Positions 14,419 through 30,626 are shown, numbered from the stretch's first letter. The stretch: DNA of 64,000 nucleotides from Eledone cirrhosa (GCA_964016885.1 CAXHJY010001712.1:1-64000), one strand, 5' to 3'. Notes: a model not told the origin generated them from the sequence alone. Program-made: numbers and translations.

Positions 14419-16016
14419 TGGAGAAAAAATTTACGAAATGGAAATGCGGGTATATAGAATTTATTAGGTAACAATTGTTTCTATAGTGTATGAGTTACCT
14501 ATACCTCGCTATTTGAATAATACACAAATATTATCAAAAACCGAAAGTACACTGTAAGCCAACACACCATGTCATCAGACCTTTGTATTAGAATGATATG
14601 AAAATATCTTATACACTAGATAAAAGATAAAGAAGGATGTAGGAAGAGAAGGGGAAGAGGGAAGTGAGTAAGGTGGAGGGAGTCTTAGGGTTTAAGACTG
14701 TCAGACTAGTAGAGATTGTGAAGAGAGAATGTTTTGGCAGCAGTTAGCTTAATGAGGCGTGCTAAGGTTGGCTGGGAAGTAGATACTTCTAGTGGTGTTG
14801 TTCCAACAAAATTTAGTTAGAGGGGTCAAAGTGGTACAATGTCACAGACAAGTTATTAGGGCTATTATAGTAGCAGGTTATTTCTAAAGGGGTCCAGAAA
14901 AACAGTGTTTAGTACTATTATTATAGAAAGCCATATCTAGTGTATAAACATATAAGACAGAAATTTGCAAACGTTGGTGTAAAAAGGTAACATATGCATT
15001 TAAAAAAAGAAAAAGTCGTTTTCAAACGATGGTTACAGTATAGAGAACGTTCAAAAGTTTGTTTACCGACGTTAAAATGCAGTATATCTCTAAATTGCAT
15101 AACTTGCAGAATCGATGATTTTGCTGATATGCAGGCGCAGCTGCAATAATTTGCCAATCAAGGGAGAACGCTTGATTGTTCCTCCGAAGCTGCCAGGCTT
15201 TATCGGCGAGGGTTGTTACGGAGGGCATTTTCTCGTGCCTGATCGAAGATCGATGTTGGTATAGGCGAGCCTTGAAAGAAGTTGCGGTACATCCGACGTA
15301 ATACCATTTGTTGGTCCGGAATTTATTGTACACCGGTAGACAATATTGCGTGCTAGGCACTGGTTATTCAGTGGGCACGTACCTGGTTTGGTGCAGTTAC
15401 AACTATTTTTATGTTTTGCAGTAGAATCCTGGATAGTTTGGTGGGGTTGTGGTTGCGTGTTAGTGCGTTGCATGTTGCTATGCTGGGTGCGCTGAGTCAT
15501 TAGGGATGTACTTATTCAGTATTGCTGAGTTGAGTTTTCTAATTAGTTGTTCTATGTTAGGTGCAGTGGAGTATGAGAGTCTAATGGTGCGCGAGTTAAA
15601 GATTTTATAGTATTTATGTGAAGTTCTGAAGTGTTTATTGATTAGTGTATAGAATTGTGAGATAATCTTAGTGCTAATAGAAGAATTGTACACGGGTTAT
15701 ACCATATGTACTCTCTACGTCTGACTCTATTTGCTGGTTTGCACCTGTTAGTATGCCTATTGATGTGTGTGTGTGGTGCAATACTAGTTCGACTTAGATG
15801 TGTTTTATTCATAGTACTTATGTGGTTATCGTCTAGATATTCAATTTTCTTGCAGTAACCAGCTTTTCTAAGTGCGTCATTATAATATTCAGCATGCTCG
15901 TTGAAGGTCTGCAAGTTAGACGACAGTCGGGAGATCCTTATGGATATATTTTTAGGGATAGATTTAATAATGGAATGAGGATGGTTCGATTTTACAATAA
16001 CGTACTTAACATTTTC
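14419..16016 (-). mobile_element. 5'-truncated Penelope-like retroelement (probably Neptune group): RT thumb, Cys-rich linker, GIY-YIG endonuclease; frameshifted
   Basis: [25 protein letters not shown] (RT thumb); CNC...CPLNNQC linker; NIVYRC...YYVGCT..SFKARLYQH...CKLCNLE; split over ORFs 15642-15914, 15478-15693, 15216-15500 and 15022-15360. Confidence 0.9.
14466..14582 (-). ncRNA. Type I hammerhead ribozyme with long stem-loop II, in the PLE 3' end
   Basis: Minus strand: aggt-CTGATGA-catggtgtgt...atacactata-GAAAC aatt GTT-acct; palindromic stem III ACAATTGT. Confidence 0.75.
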
Positions 16017-16291
16017 ATATATATATATATATATATATATTCATATATATATATATATATATATTCATATATATATATATATTCATATATATATATATAT
16101 ATATTCATATATATATATATATATATATTCATATATATATATATATATATTCATATATATATATATATATTCATATATATATATATATATATATATATTC
16201 ATATATATATATATATTCATATATATATATATATATTCAAATATATATATATATATATTCAAATATATATATATATATATTCATATATATA

Positions 16292-16333
<42 letters not shown>

Positions 16334-16344
16334 TATATATATTC

Positions 16345-16397
<53 letters not shown>

Positions 16398-16408
16398 TAT
16401 ATATATTC

Positions 16409-16457
<49 letters not shown>

Positions 16458-16468
16458 TATATATATTC

Positions 16469-16515
<47 letters not shown>

Positions 16516-16532
16516 TATATTTATATATATTT

Positions 16533-16569
<37 letters not shown>

Positions 16570-16582
16570 CATATATATATTC

Positions 16583-16616
<34 letters not shown>

Positions 16617-16618
16617 TT

Positions 16619-16655
<37 letters not shown>

Positions 16656-16665
16656 CATATATATA

Positions 16666-16715
<50 letters not shown>

Positions 16716-16749
16716 TATATATATTCATATATATATATATATATATATA

Positions 16750-16853
<104 letters not shown>

Positions 16854-16951
16854 TATATATATTCATATATATATTCATATATATATATATATATATTCAT
16901 ATATATATTCATATATATATATATATATATTCATATATATATATATTCATA

Positions 16952-17031
<80 letters not shown>

Positions 17032-17195
17032 TATATATATATACATATATATATTCATATATATATATATTCATATATATATATATATATTCATATATAT
17101 ATATTCATATATATATATACATATATATATTCATATATATATATATTCATATATATATATATATATACATATATATATTCATATATATATATTCA

Positions 17196-17226
<31 letters not shown>

Positions 17227-17243
17227 TCATATATATATATTCA

Positions 17244-17278
<35 letters not shown>

Positions 17279-17337
17279 TCATATATATATATATATATAT
17301 ATATTCATATATATATATATATATATATATTCATATA

Positions 17338-17372
<35 letters not shown>

Positions 17373-17419
17373 TCATATATATATATATATATTCATATAT
17401 ATATATATATATATATTCA

Positions 17420-17456
<37 letters not shown>

Positions 17457-17488
17457 TCATATATATATATATATATATTCATATATAT

Positions 17489-18000
17489 AAGTTTTTAACC
17501 ATCTCGCCAACTGCAACCCTGAGCGCCTCTTTGATCTCCATGTGTCTAACACACGTGGACATGCCTACAAGATAAGAAAACAGCACAGCTCCCATGACTT
17601 TCGCAGACATTTTTTCACGCTCAGAGTTGCTGAAACATGGAACAAACTGCCTGCGTCAATTGTTAGCTGCCGAGACACTGCATCCTTTAAGACACTCATG
17701 CTTCCCGAAATACGCCAAAACTACACCTGATGTGCCCCTTCCATACACATGCACACATGTGTGCACTGTTCATTTTACTGATGTTTGTGCATTGCCCTAT
17801 GTACTGTACATGCACTTTTTTGATGGTTGTGGTGCACCTGGGCACTGTGCACAATATTTCATTATTGTTATTATTATTATATCATGACTCATACACTGTT
17901 TATTTTCCTGACATTTGTACATTATTCTATGTACTATACATGCACCTTTGATGAGTTGTAGTGCACCTGAGCACTGTACACAATAATTTCATTATTTCAT
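17489..18000 (+). mobile_element. 5'-truncated CR1 LINE 3' end
   Basis: NTRGHAYKI...RRHFFTLRVAETWNKLP..IV......FK is a typical CR1 ORF2 C-terminus; duplicated segment in the 3' UTR; ATTTCATT tail. Confidence 0.85.
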
Positions 18001-18065
18001 ATACATATATATATATATATATTCATATATATATATATATATATATTCATATATATATATATATA

Positions 18066-18192
18066 TAAAATATTAAAAAAATGAATAAAACAATGAAACA
18101 GTTCCTTATATTAAACAAAAAAAGTTCATTATTACATTGAGTTCTTCATACGGATTGGACACTACCGTAAACTCTTGGTAGATTTATCTACA
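18066..18192 (+). mobile_element. Internally deleted copy of the 23094-23625 fold-back element
   Basis: First ~65 bp match 23094-23153; last ~59 bp are identical to 23567-23625. Confidence 0.85.
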
Positions 18193-18206
18193 TATATACA
18201 TATATA

Positions 18207-18289
<83 letters not shown>

Positions 18290-18835
18290 CTATATATATA
18301 TATATATGAATATATATATATATATTCATATATATATATATATATGAATATATATATATATATTCATATATATATATATATTCATATATATATATATATA
18401 TATTCATATATATATATATATATATTCATATATATATATTCATATATATATATATATATATTCATATATATTCATATATATATATATATATATTCATATA
18501 TATATATATATATATTCATATATATATATATATATATTCATATATATATATATATATATTCATATATATATATATATATATATATTCATATATATATATA
18601 TAGATATATATATATATATAGATATATATTCATATATATATATATATATTCATATATATATATATATATTCATATATATATATATATTCATATATATATA
18701 TATATTCATATATATATATATATTCATATATATATATTCATATATATATATATATTCATATTTATATATATTCATATATATATATATTCATATATATATT
18801 CATATATATATATATATATTCATATATATATATAT

Positions 18836-18870
<35 letters not shown>

Positions 18871-18873
18871 TAT

Positions 18874-18955
18874 AGTATGCTAGGGAAAGGATCAGGGGTG
18901 TATAACACTCCACTTATCCAGCAGGCAGTATGAGGTTAGCTCAATGTCTGAGGAC
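18874..18955 (-). mobile_element. Possible isolated Penelope-like tail remnant
   Basis: ~80-bp island in (TA)n; minus strand contains ACATTGAGCTA as at 9850-9860. Confidence 0.3.
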
Positions 18956-19033
18956 ATATATTCATATATATATTGATATATATATATATTGATATATATA
19001 TATATATATATATATTCATATATATATATATAT

Positions 19034-19092
<59 letters not shown>

Positions 19093-19169
19093 TATATATA
19101 TTGATATATATATATATTGATATATATATATATATATATATTCATATATATATTGATATATATATATAT

Positions 19170-19206
<37 letters not shown>

Positions 19207-19333
19207 TACATATATAATATATTCATATATATATATTGATATATATATATATATATTCATATATATATATATATATTCATATATATATATATTCATATAT
19301 ATATTCATATATATATTCATATATATATATTCA

Positions 19334-19463
<130 letters not shown>

Positions 19464-19473
19464 TATATATATA

Positions 19474-19527
<54 letters not shown>

Positions 19528-19537
19528 TATATATATA

Positions 19538-19585
<48 letters not shown>

Positions 19586-19694
19586 TATATATATATATAT
19601 ATATATATATTAACAGATATATATATATATATATTCATATATATATATATATTCATATATATATATATATTCATATATATATATATATATATAT

Positions 19695-20817
19695 ATCATC
19701 ATCATCATCATCACCGTTTTACGTCCGTTCTTCCACGCTAGCATGGGTTAGACGGGTTGTCCTGTTGTGGGCAGTGTCTGGTCGGCTGACCATGCCTTGC
19801 TCATACAGGAACTGATCTGGCTTGATTTCTACAGCTGGATGCCCTTCCTAACACCAACCTCATTTACAGTGAGTGCTGGGTGCTTTTTCGTGGCGCCTAC
19901 ACGTCCACTTTACAGTGTGGGCTGGGTGCTTTTTTGCCGTGGCACCTCCACGACCACCTTGCGGTGGGGGGGGGGGGCATATTGTTTATATGCTTCAGCA
20001 TGTACCCATGGGAGGTCGGGTACCCTGTATTACTGTGTGACGCCAGAAGTCACGGTCGTGTGTCATTGACTTTGAGAGGTGTAGTTGGGTAAGGTAGGCT
20101 TTTATCACCTCATCCCAAGTCATCTTGGGTCTCCCCACTCCGCGGTTTCCATCAACTTCTAGTGCTTTGCACCTTTTTATGCAGCTGTCATCCTTCATAC
20201 GCATCACATGTCCATACCAGCGTAACCGCCTCTCCTGCACGCAGCATTTGATTCCTCTTATGCTCAGTCTCTCTCTCAATTCATTTATGCTTTGTCATTC
20301 ACGTATATTACTGTTACACATCCATCGGAGCATGCAGGCTTCGTTTCTCTCTAATCTACGTAAGTCTTCCACCTTCAGCGCCCAGGTCTCACTACCATGC
20401 AACATCGATGTTCGGATACACGCATCATACAGTCTGCCTTTCATTCTGAGGGAGAAGCCTTTTGCAGCTAGCAGTGGTAGTAGTTCCCTAAACTTCTTCC
20501 ATCCCGTTCTTACCCTAGTTATTGTACTTTCTGAGCACCCACCTCCGTTGCTAATTCGGTCACCTAGGTAGCAGAAGCTGTCTACTGTTTCTACAGGGCC
20601 CTCCCAGAGATTGGTGGTACTTGTTTCCTGTGGCTGTTTGCTTGCTGTTTCAGCACAGCTGCTGCATGTGAATCCTACATTCTTAATTAAGCTTCCTGAG
20701 ATCCCGCTACATCTCTTGTGTACCCATTGTTTGCATTGGGCAAAGAATGGAGTTCCTACCTACACCTTTCCTACATACTGAGCAAGGCCATTTCCTGAGG
20801 GGATCTGGGTTCTGTTT
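19695..20817 (-). mobile_element. 5'-truncated RTE LINE (RT C-terminal region and 3' UTR)
   Basis: [12 protein letters not shown]...GVGRPKMTW, YLG motif, (GAT)n tail; frameshifted. Confidence 0.92.
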
Positions 20818-20901
20818 ATATATATATATATATATTATGAATATATATATATTCTGTTTATATATATATATATGAATATATATATGAATATATATATATG
20901 A

Positions 20902-20932
<31 letters not shown>

Positions 20933-20975
20933 CATATATAAATATATTCATATATATATGAATATATATATATGA

Positions 20976-21006
<31 letters not shown>

Positions 21007-21113
21007 CATATATAAATATATTCATATATATATATATATGAATATATATATATATATTCATATATATATATATATGAATATATATATATATATGAATATA
21101 TATATATATATGA

Positions 21114-21154
<41 letters not shown>

Positions 21155-21156
21155 TA

Positions 21157-21309
<153 letters not shown>

Positions 21310-21310
21310 G

Positions 21311-21520
<210 letters not shown>

Positions 21521-21532
21521 CATATATATATG

Positions 21533-21810
<278 letters not shown>

Positions 21811-21830
21811 TATATATATATATATATATA

Positions 21831-21864
<34 letters not shown>

Positions 21865-22013
21865 TATATATATATATATATATATATGAATATATATATA
21901 TATATATATATATATGACATATATATATATATATATGAATATATATATATATATATGAATATATATATATATATATATATATATGAATATATATATATAT
22001 ATATATATACATA

Positions 22014-22047
<34 letters not shown>

Positions 22048-22134
22048 TATATATATATATATATATATATAAATATATAAATATATATATATATAAATAT
22101 ATAAATATATATATATAAATATATATGAATATAT

Positions 22135-22203
<69 letters not shown>

Positions 22204-22314
22204 AATATATAAATATATATATATATAAATATATATATATATAAATATATAAATATATAAATATATATATATATATGTAAATATATATATATATAAATAT
22301 ATATATATATAAAT

Positions 22315-22601
<287 letters not shown>

Positions 22602-22631
22602 TATATATATATAAATATATATATATATAAT

Positions 22632-22712
<81 letters not shown>

Positions 22713-22857
22713 AAATATAATATATATATATATATTATATAATATATATATATTCCTATATATATATATATATATTCATATATATATATAATATACATAT
22801 ATATATATATATTCCTATATATATATATATTCCTATATATATATATATATATTCATA

Positions 22858-22895
<38 letters not shown>

Positions 22896-22915
22896 ACATA
22901 TATATATATATATTC

Positions 22916-22966
<51 letters not shown>

Positions 22967-23029
22967 CATATACATATATACATATATATATATATACATA
23001 TACATATATACATATATATATATATACAT

Positions 23030-23060
<31 letters not shown>

Positions 23061-23063
23061 TAC

Positions 23064-23093
<30 letters not shown>

Positions 23094-23094
<1 letters not shown>

Positions 23095-23625
23095 AATATT
23101 AAACAAATAATGAATAAACAATTCCTTATATTAAACAAAAAAAGTTCATTATTTAACGATCGTTTCTAGGATATATATGTGTTAGAATTGGTATGCATAT
23201 TCAACAGATCTATGTACAAAATTATACAAAATTATACAAATTATCAAGATTAAATATACATACCAACACATATATACGCCGTCTTCATTATTTCTGAAGA
23301 CGGCGTATATATGTGTTGGTATGTATATTTAATCTTGATAATTTGTATAATTTTGTATAATTTTGTACATAGATCTGTTGAATATGCATACCAATTCTAA
23401 CACATATATATCCTAGAAACGATCGTTAAATAATGAACTTTTTTTGTTTAATATAAGGAATTGTTTATTCATTATTTGTTTAATATTTTATCTTGACTCT
23501 GTATACCGTTTATCTTTCACCGAAAGTGATTTTTCATTACATCTCTTCTTTCCATGATATCCGGAATACATTGAGTTCTTCATACGGATTGGACACTACC
23601 GTAAACTCTTGGTAGATTTATCTAC
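23094..23625 (+). mobile_element. Penelope-like fold-back 3'-end module with 194-bp arms
   Basis: Arms 23094-23287/23295-23488, 7-nt loop, tail 23489-23625, hammerhead. Confidence 0.8.
23284..23437 (+). ncRNA. Type I hammerhead ribozyme with extended stem II
   Basis: ttcattattt-CTGAAGA(23294)-...tatatatgtgttgg...ctaacacatatata...-GAAAC gatc GTT-aaataatgaa; 10-bp stem I; palindromic stem III ACGATCGT. Confidence 0.75.
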
Positions 23626-23907
23626 ATATATATATATATATATATTCATATATATATATATATATTCATATATATATATATATATTCATATATATATATA
23701 TATATTCATATATATATATATATTCATATATATATATATTCATATATATATATATTCATATATATATATATATTCATATATATATATATATTCATATATA
23801 TATATATATTCATATATATATATATATATATTCATATATATATATATTCATATATATATATATATATTCATATATATATATATATATATTCATATATATA
23901 TATATTC

Positions 23908-23976
<69 letters not shown>

Positions 23977-24149
23977 TATATATATATATATATTCATATA
24001 TATATATATATTCATATATATATATATATTCATATATATATATTCATATATATATATATATATTCATATATATATATATATTCATATATATATATATATT
24101 CATATATATATATTCATATATATATATATATATTCATATATATATATTC

Positions 24150-24181
<32 letters not shown>

Positions 24182-24233
24182 TCATATATATATATATATT
24201 CATATATATATATATATTCATATATATATATTC

Positions 24234-24265
<32 letters not shown>

Positions 24266-24318
24266 TCATATATATATATATATTCATATATATATATATT
24301 CATATATATATATATATA

Positions 24319-24378
<60 letters not shown>

Positions 24379-24383
24379 TATAT

Positions 24384-24730
24384 TTGTTTTGTCTTTCTTT
24401 CTTTCTTATTTCCCTCTTTTCTCTCTCCCTTTCTTTCTCTCTGTATTTTCACTGCTAGAGTAAACCTCTTCAAATGAAGTTGATGTTTATTACGGTATGT
24501 CGAATATATTTATCTATAAAACTGTTTATATTGTATTTTGTCTGATGAAGGCATAGCATATTGTTAATATGATATCCCCGAAATATATATAATGAAATAA
24601 ATATGGTTTTATAAATATAGTTTTCCATTTATTTAATATTGTAAATATACTCCAAGTATTTGTCGAGTGCTTTTATATCAGTTATAAATATTTACTAGTT
24701 GTAACCCAACAATTTTAAATATAACTTTAC
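24384..24730 (+). mobile_element. Penelope-like 3'-end fragment without inverted arm
   Basis: Pyrimidine-rich stretch, hammerhead, ACTC/GAGT tail motif, (TA)n flanks. Confidence 0.6.
24534..24599 (+). ncRNA. Type I hammerhead ribozyme
   Basis: tattttgt-CTGATGA(24542)-aggcatagcatatt gtt aatatgatatcccc-GAAAT atat ATA-atgaaata. Confidence 0.75.
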
Positions 24731-24761
24731 ATATATATATATATATATATATTCATATATA

Positions 24762-24797
<36 letters not shown>

Positions 24798-24798
24798 T

Positions 24799-24897
<99 letters not shown>

Positions 24898-24903
24898 TAT
24901 TCA

Positions 24904-24938
<35 letters not shown>

Positions 24939-24977
24939 GAATATATATATATATGAATATATATATATGTATTCATA

Positions 24978-25012
<35 letters not shown>

Positions 25013-25107
25013 GAATATATATATATATGAATATATATATATATATATGAATATATATATATATATATGAATATATATATATATGAATATATATATATAT
25101 ATATATA

Positions 25108-25141
<34 letters not shown>

Positions 25142-25200
25142 TATATATATATATATATATATATGAATATATATATATATATATATGAATATATATATAT

Positions 25201-25239
<39 letters not shown>

Positions 25240-25296
25240 AATATATATATATATGAATATATATATATATATATGAATATAAATATATATATATGA

Positions 25297-25349
<53 letters not shown>

Positions 25350-25373
25350 TATATATACATATGAATATATATA

Positions 25374-26055
25374 CGACAGCTGTATAACAAAGTGCAGGGC
25401 AATAAAGATAGACGGTAGCCACGGAGTAGGCAGACCCAGAAAAACATGGGACGAGCTGATAAATTCCGACCTCACACGCTTACACCTCTCCAAGACAATG
25501 TCACTGGACCGAGACCTTTGGCGGTACTCAGTAATAGAGAAGACCCGCCTTACCTAAATACAAAGTAAAAACCTACTACAGTCAGTAGGCACCTCTATCA
25601 AAACACACCCCCGTCCCACCACCTCCACACCGCCCCTTTCAATGTAAAGTTATGTTGGTCCCACAACATCCAGGCCGAAACAAATGAGATCGTGTAGGTG
25701 TCACGACAAAAAACACACAGTCCACGCTGTAAATGTGGCCGTGTAGGCAACACGGTAAAACCTCCCAGCCCCACACTGTAAATGTGGTTGGTGTTAGGAA
25801 GGGCATCCAGCTGTAGAAAACCCGCCAGACAGTCCACGCTGTAATGTGGCCGTGTAGGCAACACGGTAAAAACCTCCCAGCCCCACACTGTAAACGTGGT
25901 TGGTGTTAGGAAGGGCATCCAACTGTAGAAAACCCGCCAGACAGTCCTATGCGAGCAAGACAACCACTCTTGCCTCAAGTGGGAAAACCCCGTCCAAACC
26001 CATGCAAGCGTGGAACACGGACGCTAAACCTGATGATGATGATGATGATGATGAT
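25374..26055 (+). mobile_element. RTE LINE 3' fragment with internal 3' UTR duplication
   Basis: DSCITKC...[13 protein letters not shown]...; segment ~25720-25830 is repeated at ~25831-25942; (GAT)n tail. Confidence 0.9.
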
Positions 26056-26063
26056 ATATATGA

Positions 26064-26122
<59 letters not shown>

Positions 26123-26291
26123 TATATATATATATGAATAAATATATATATATATATATGAATATATATATATATGAATATATATATATATGAATAAATA
26201 TATATATATATGAATATATATATATATGAATATATATATATATGAATATATATATATATATATATATGAATATATATATATATATATATGA

Positions 26292-26323
<32 letters not shown>

Positions 26324-26363
26324 GATATATATACATATGAATATATATATATATAATATATGA

Positions 26364-26414
<51 letters not shown>

Positions 26415-26529
26415 TAAATATATATATATATATATGAATATATATATATATGAATATATATATATATATATATGAATATATATATATATGAATATATATA
26501 TATATATATATGAATATATATAAATATAT

Positions 26530-26872
26530 TTCATTTCATTTTCATTTCATTTAACGTCCACTTTTCCCTGCTTGCAAGGGTGAGACGGGAACTGATTTGG
26601 CTTGATTTCTACAGCTGGATGCCCTTCCTAACACCAACCTCATTTACAGTGAGTGCTGGGTGCTTTTTTGCCGTGGCACCTCCACGACCACTTTGCAGTG
26701 GAATGATATGGACCCCAGTCCCTATCATCTCATTTCTACAGCTGAGTAAACTGGAGCAATGTGAAATAAAGTGTCTTGCTCAAGGAAACAACACATCACC
26801 CGGTCTGAGAATTGAACTCACAACCTTTCGATTGCAAGGCCAATGCTCTAACCACTGAGCCATGTGCCTCCA
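26530..26872 (-). mobile_element. Full-length tRNA-derived SINE with RTE-type tail
   Basis: Minus strand: A box TGGCTCAGTGG, B box GAGTTCAATTC, CORE-like CCTTGAGCAAGACACTT, AGGAAGGGCATCC motif, tail CCCTTGCAAGCAGGGAAAAG.GGACGT then (GAAAT)n-like repeats. Confidence 0.85.
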
Positions 26873-26912
26873 TATATATATATATGAATAAATATATATA
26901 TATATATATATA

Positions 26913-26948
<36 letters not shown>

Positions 26949-26970
26949 TATATATATATATATATATATA

Positions 26971-27048
<78 letters not shown>

Positions 27049-27094
27049 TATATATATATATATATATATGAATATATATATATATATATATATA

Positions 27095-27218
<124 letters not shown>

Positions 27219-27225
27219 TATATAT

Positions 27226-27328
<103 letters not shown>

Positions 27329-27397
27329 AATATATATATATATGAATATATATATATATATATGAATATATATATATATATATGAATATATATATAT

Positions 27398-28568
27398 ATC
27401 ATCATCATCATCATCATCAACGTTTAACGTCCGTGTTCCACGCTTGCATGGGTTTGGACGGGGTAGTCCCACTTGAGGCAAGAGTGATTGTCTTGCTCGC
27501 ATAGGACTGTCTGGCAGGTTTTCTACAGTTGGATGCCCTTCCTAACACCAACCACATTTACAGTGTGGGTCTGGGAGGTTTTTACCGTGTTGCCTACACG
27601 GCCACATTACAGCGTGGACTGTGTGTTTTTTTTGTCGTGACACCTACACGATCTCATTTGTTTCGGCCTGGATGGCGCGGCACCAACATAACTTTACATA
27701 GAACGGGGTGGTGTGGATGGGGTGGGGGTGGCGGCGGGAGGGGTGTATTTTGTTAGAGATGCCTACTGGCAAGGCGGGTCTTCTCTGTTACTGAGTACCG
27801 CCAAAGGTCACGGTCCAGTGACATTGTCTTGGAAAGGTGTAAGTGTGTGAGGTCGGAGTTTATCAGCTCATCCCATGTTTTTCTAGGTCTGCCTATTCCG
27901 TGGCTACCGTCTATCTTTATTGCCCTGCACTTTGTAATACAGCTATCGACTTTCATGCGCATCACGTGTCCATACCAACGCAGCCTTCTCTCGAGTAAAC
28001 AACATCTGATCCTCTTATCTCTAATTTTTTCCTTAGTTCGTTTATGCTTTGCCGTTCACGTATATTACTGTTACACATCCAGCGGAGCATGCAAGCTTCG
28101 TTCCTCTCTAGTCTGCGTATATCCTCTGCACACAATGCCCAGGTCTCACTACCATGCAACATTGCTGTTCGTATGCAGGCATCGTACAACCTGCCTTTCA
28201 TTTTTAGGGAGAACCCTTTAGCAGCTAATAGTGGTATAAGCTCTCTGAACTTTTTCCAACCAGTTCTGACTCTAGCTACAGTACTTTCAGAGCACCCTCC
28301 CCCACTGCTGATTTTATCGCCCAGGTAACGGAAGCTGTCCACTATTTCTATAGAACCCTCTGCGCAATTGAAAGAGCTAGTATTTTGTGGGCACTTGCTG
28401 CTACTTATTGCACCAGAACACCGGCCACATGTAAAGTCTATGTTCTTAGTTAGCTTACCTGTGATCCCACTACATCTTTTATGCACCCATACTTTGCATT
28501 TAGGACATAAGATGGAGTTTCTACCTACGCCTTTCCTACATACCGAGCACGACCATTTCCCAGAAGGG

Positions 28569-28569
<1 letters not shown>
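27398..28569 (-). mobile_element. 5'-truncated RTE LINE
   Basis: PSGKWSCSVC...VDSFRYLG...AMLHGSETW...GRPRKTW; 3' UTR; (GAT)n tail. Confidence 0.93.
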
Positions 28570-28639
<70 letters not shown>

Positions 28640-28655
28640 AATATATAAATATATA

Positions 28656-29455
28656 TCTATAAAATGCTCACAGTGCAGGTCCTGGGTACACAAGAGATGT
28701 AGCGGGATAGCAGGCAAACTAACAGGTAGGGAGAAATATGTATGCAGTAGATGTACAGGGAAATTAGACAGTAGAAGTCGCACTGATAGACACATTTTTC
28801 AAATGCGAGAGGGCGCTATAGAAGTGGTGGATAGCTTCCGGTACCTAGGAGATCAGATTAGCATGGGAGGAGGGTGTTCCGAGGCCATAGTATCTAGAAT
28901 AAGGACGGGTTGGAAGAAGTTTAGGGAGCTGCTTCCTCTGTTGACGAAGAAGGGTTTCTCCTTGTGTACGAAAGGCCGGTTGTATGATGCCTGTGTGAGG
29001 AGCGCGATGCTGCAGGGTAGTGAGACATGGGCAGCAACTGCAGAGGATATGCGACAGCTGGAGAGAAATGAGGCAAGCATGCTCCGTTGGATGTGCAGTG
29101 TAAATGTGCGTGAACGACCCAGCATAAATGTGTTGAGAGAGAAACTGTGTCTGAGAGGGATAGGATGTAGTGTACGGGAGAGGAGACTGAGGTGGTATGG
29201 ACATGTGATGCGCATGGAGGATGACCGATGGGTGAAGAAGTGCCAGGAAATGCCAGTTGAAGGAAGACGTGGTAGAGGTAGACCACGAAAAACATGGGCG
29301 GAGGTGGTGAGAACAGACCTCAGATCATTGAAGCTCACGGTGGAGATGACGAGGGACCGTGACGAGTGGAGAGATGCTGTGCTGAATAAGACCCGTCCCA
29401 CCCTTGCAAGCAGGGAAAAGCGGACGTAAAATGATGATGATAAAATGATGATGAT
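28656..29455 (+). mobile_element. 5'-truncated RTE LINE of a second family, uninterrupted ORF 28656-29429
   Basis: SIKCSQCRSWVHKRC...VVDSFRYLG...RRLRWYGHV...GRGRPRKTW; the ORF runs into the terminal hairpin; (GAT)n tail. Confidence 0.93.
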
Positions 29456-29534
29456 ATATATATATATGAATATATATATATGAATATATATATATATATG
29501 AATATATATATATACATATATATATGAATATATA

Positions 29535-29568
<34 letters not shown>

Positions 29569-29593
29569 TATATATGTATGTATATATATATAC

Positions 29594-29624
<31 letters not shown>

Positions 29625-29793
29625 TACATATATATATACACATGTGTGAAACTGTACACCATTAAAAACTAGGGTTCTTCTTATAAAACCAGTTGAAACA
29701 TCTTTGTCTTTGTTTTTTGTCTGGTTTCTTATTTTTTGGTTTTTGCCAGGAGTTTTGTTTCTTCATTTTCTTATATTTCGTTGTATCTGGTTA

Positions 29794-29835
<42 letters not shown>

Positions 29836-29873
29836 TATGTATGTGTATATATATATATATATATATATAAGTA

Positions 29874-29913
<40 letters not shown>

Positions 29914-29917
29914 AGTA

Positions 29918-29954
<37 letters not shown>

Positions 29955-29957
29955 GTA

Positions 29958-30157
<200 letters not shown>

Positions 30158-30222
30158 TATGTGTGTGTGTGTATATATATATATAGATAGATATATATAT
30201 ATGTGTGTGTGTGTATATATAT

Positions 30223-30343
30223 ACAGTTCCTGTATGAGCAAGGCATGGTCAGCCGACCAGACACTGCCCACAACAGGACAACCCGTCTAACCCATGCTAG
30301 CGTGGAAGAACGGACGTAAAACGGTGATGATGATGATGATGAT
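30223..30343 (+). mobile_element. RTE 3'-terminal fragment
   Basis: Reverse complement of ~19695-19814 (same translated string in both ORF tracks). Confidence 0.85.
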
Positions 30344-30376
30344 ATATATATGTGTGTGTATATATATATATAAGTA

Positions 30377-30414
<38 letters not shown>

Positions 30415-30418
30415 AGTA

Positions 30419-30455
<37 letters not shown>

Positions 30456-30458
30456 GTA

Positions 30459-30491
<33 letters not shown>

Positions 30492-30528
30492 GTATGTGTG
30501 TGTATATATATATATATATATATAAGTA

Positions 30529-30573
<45 letters not shown>

Positions 30574-30626
30574 ATATATATAAGTATGTGTATGTATATA
30601 TATATATATATATATATATACAAGTA

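Noticed and set aside
26790-26872. tRNA gene
   Set aside because: The tRNA-like head continues into a SINE body and tail; no complete acceptor stem
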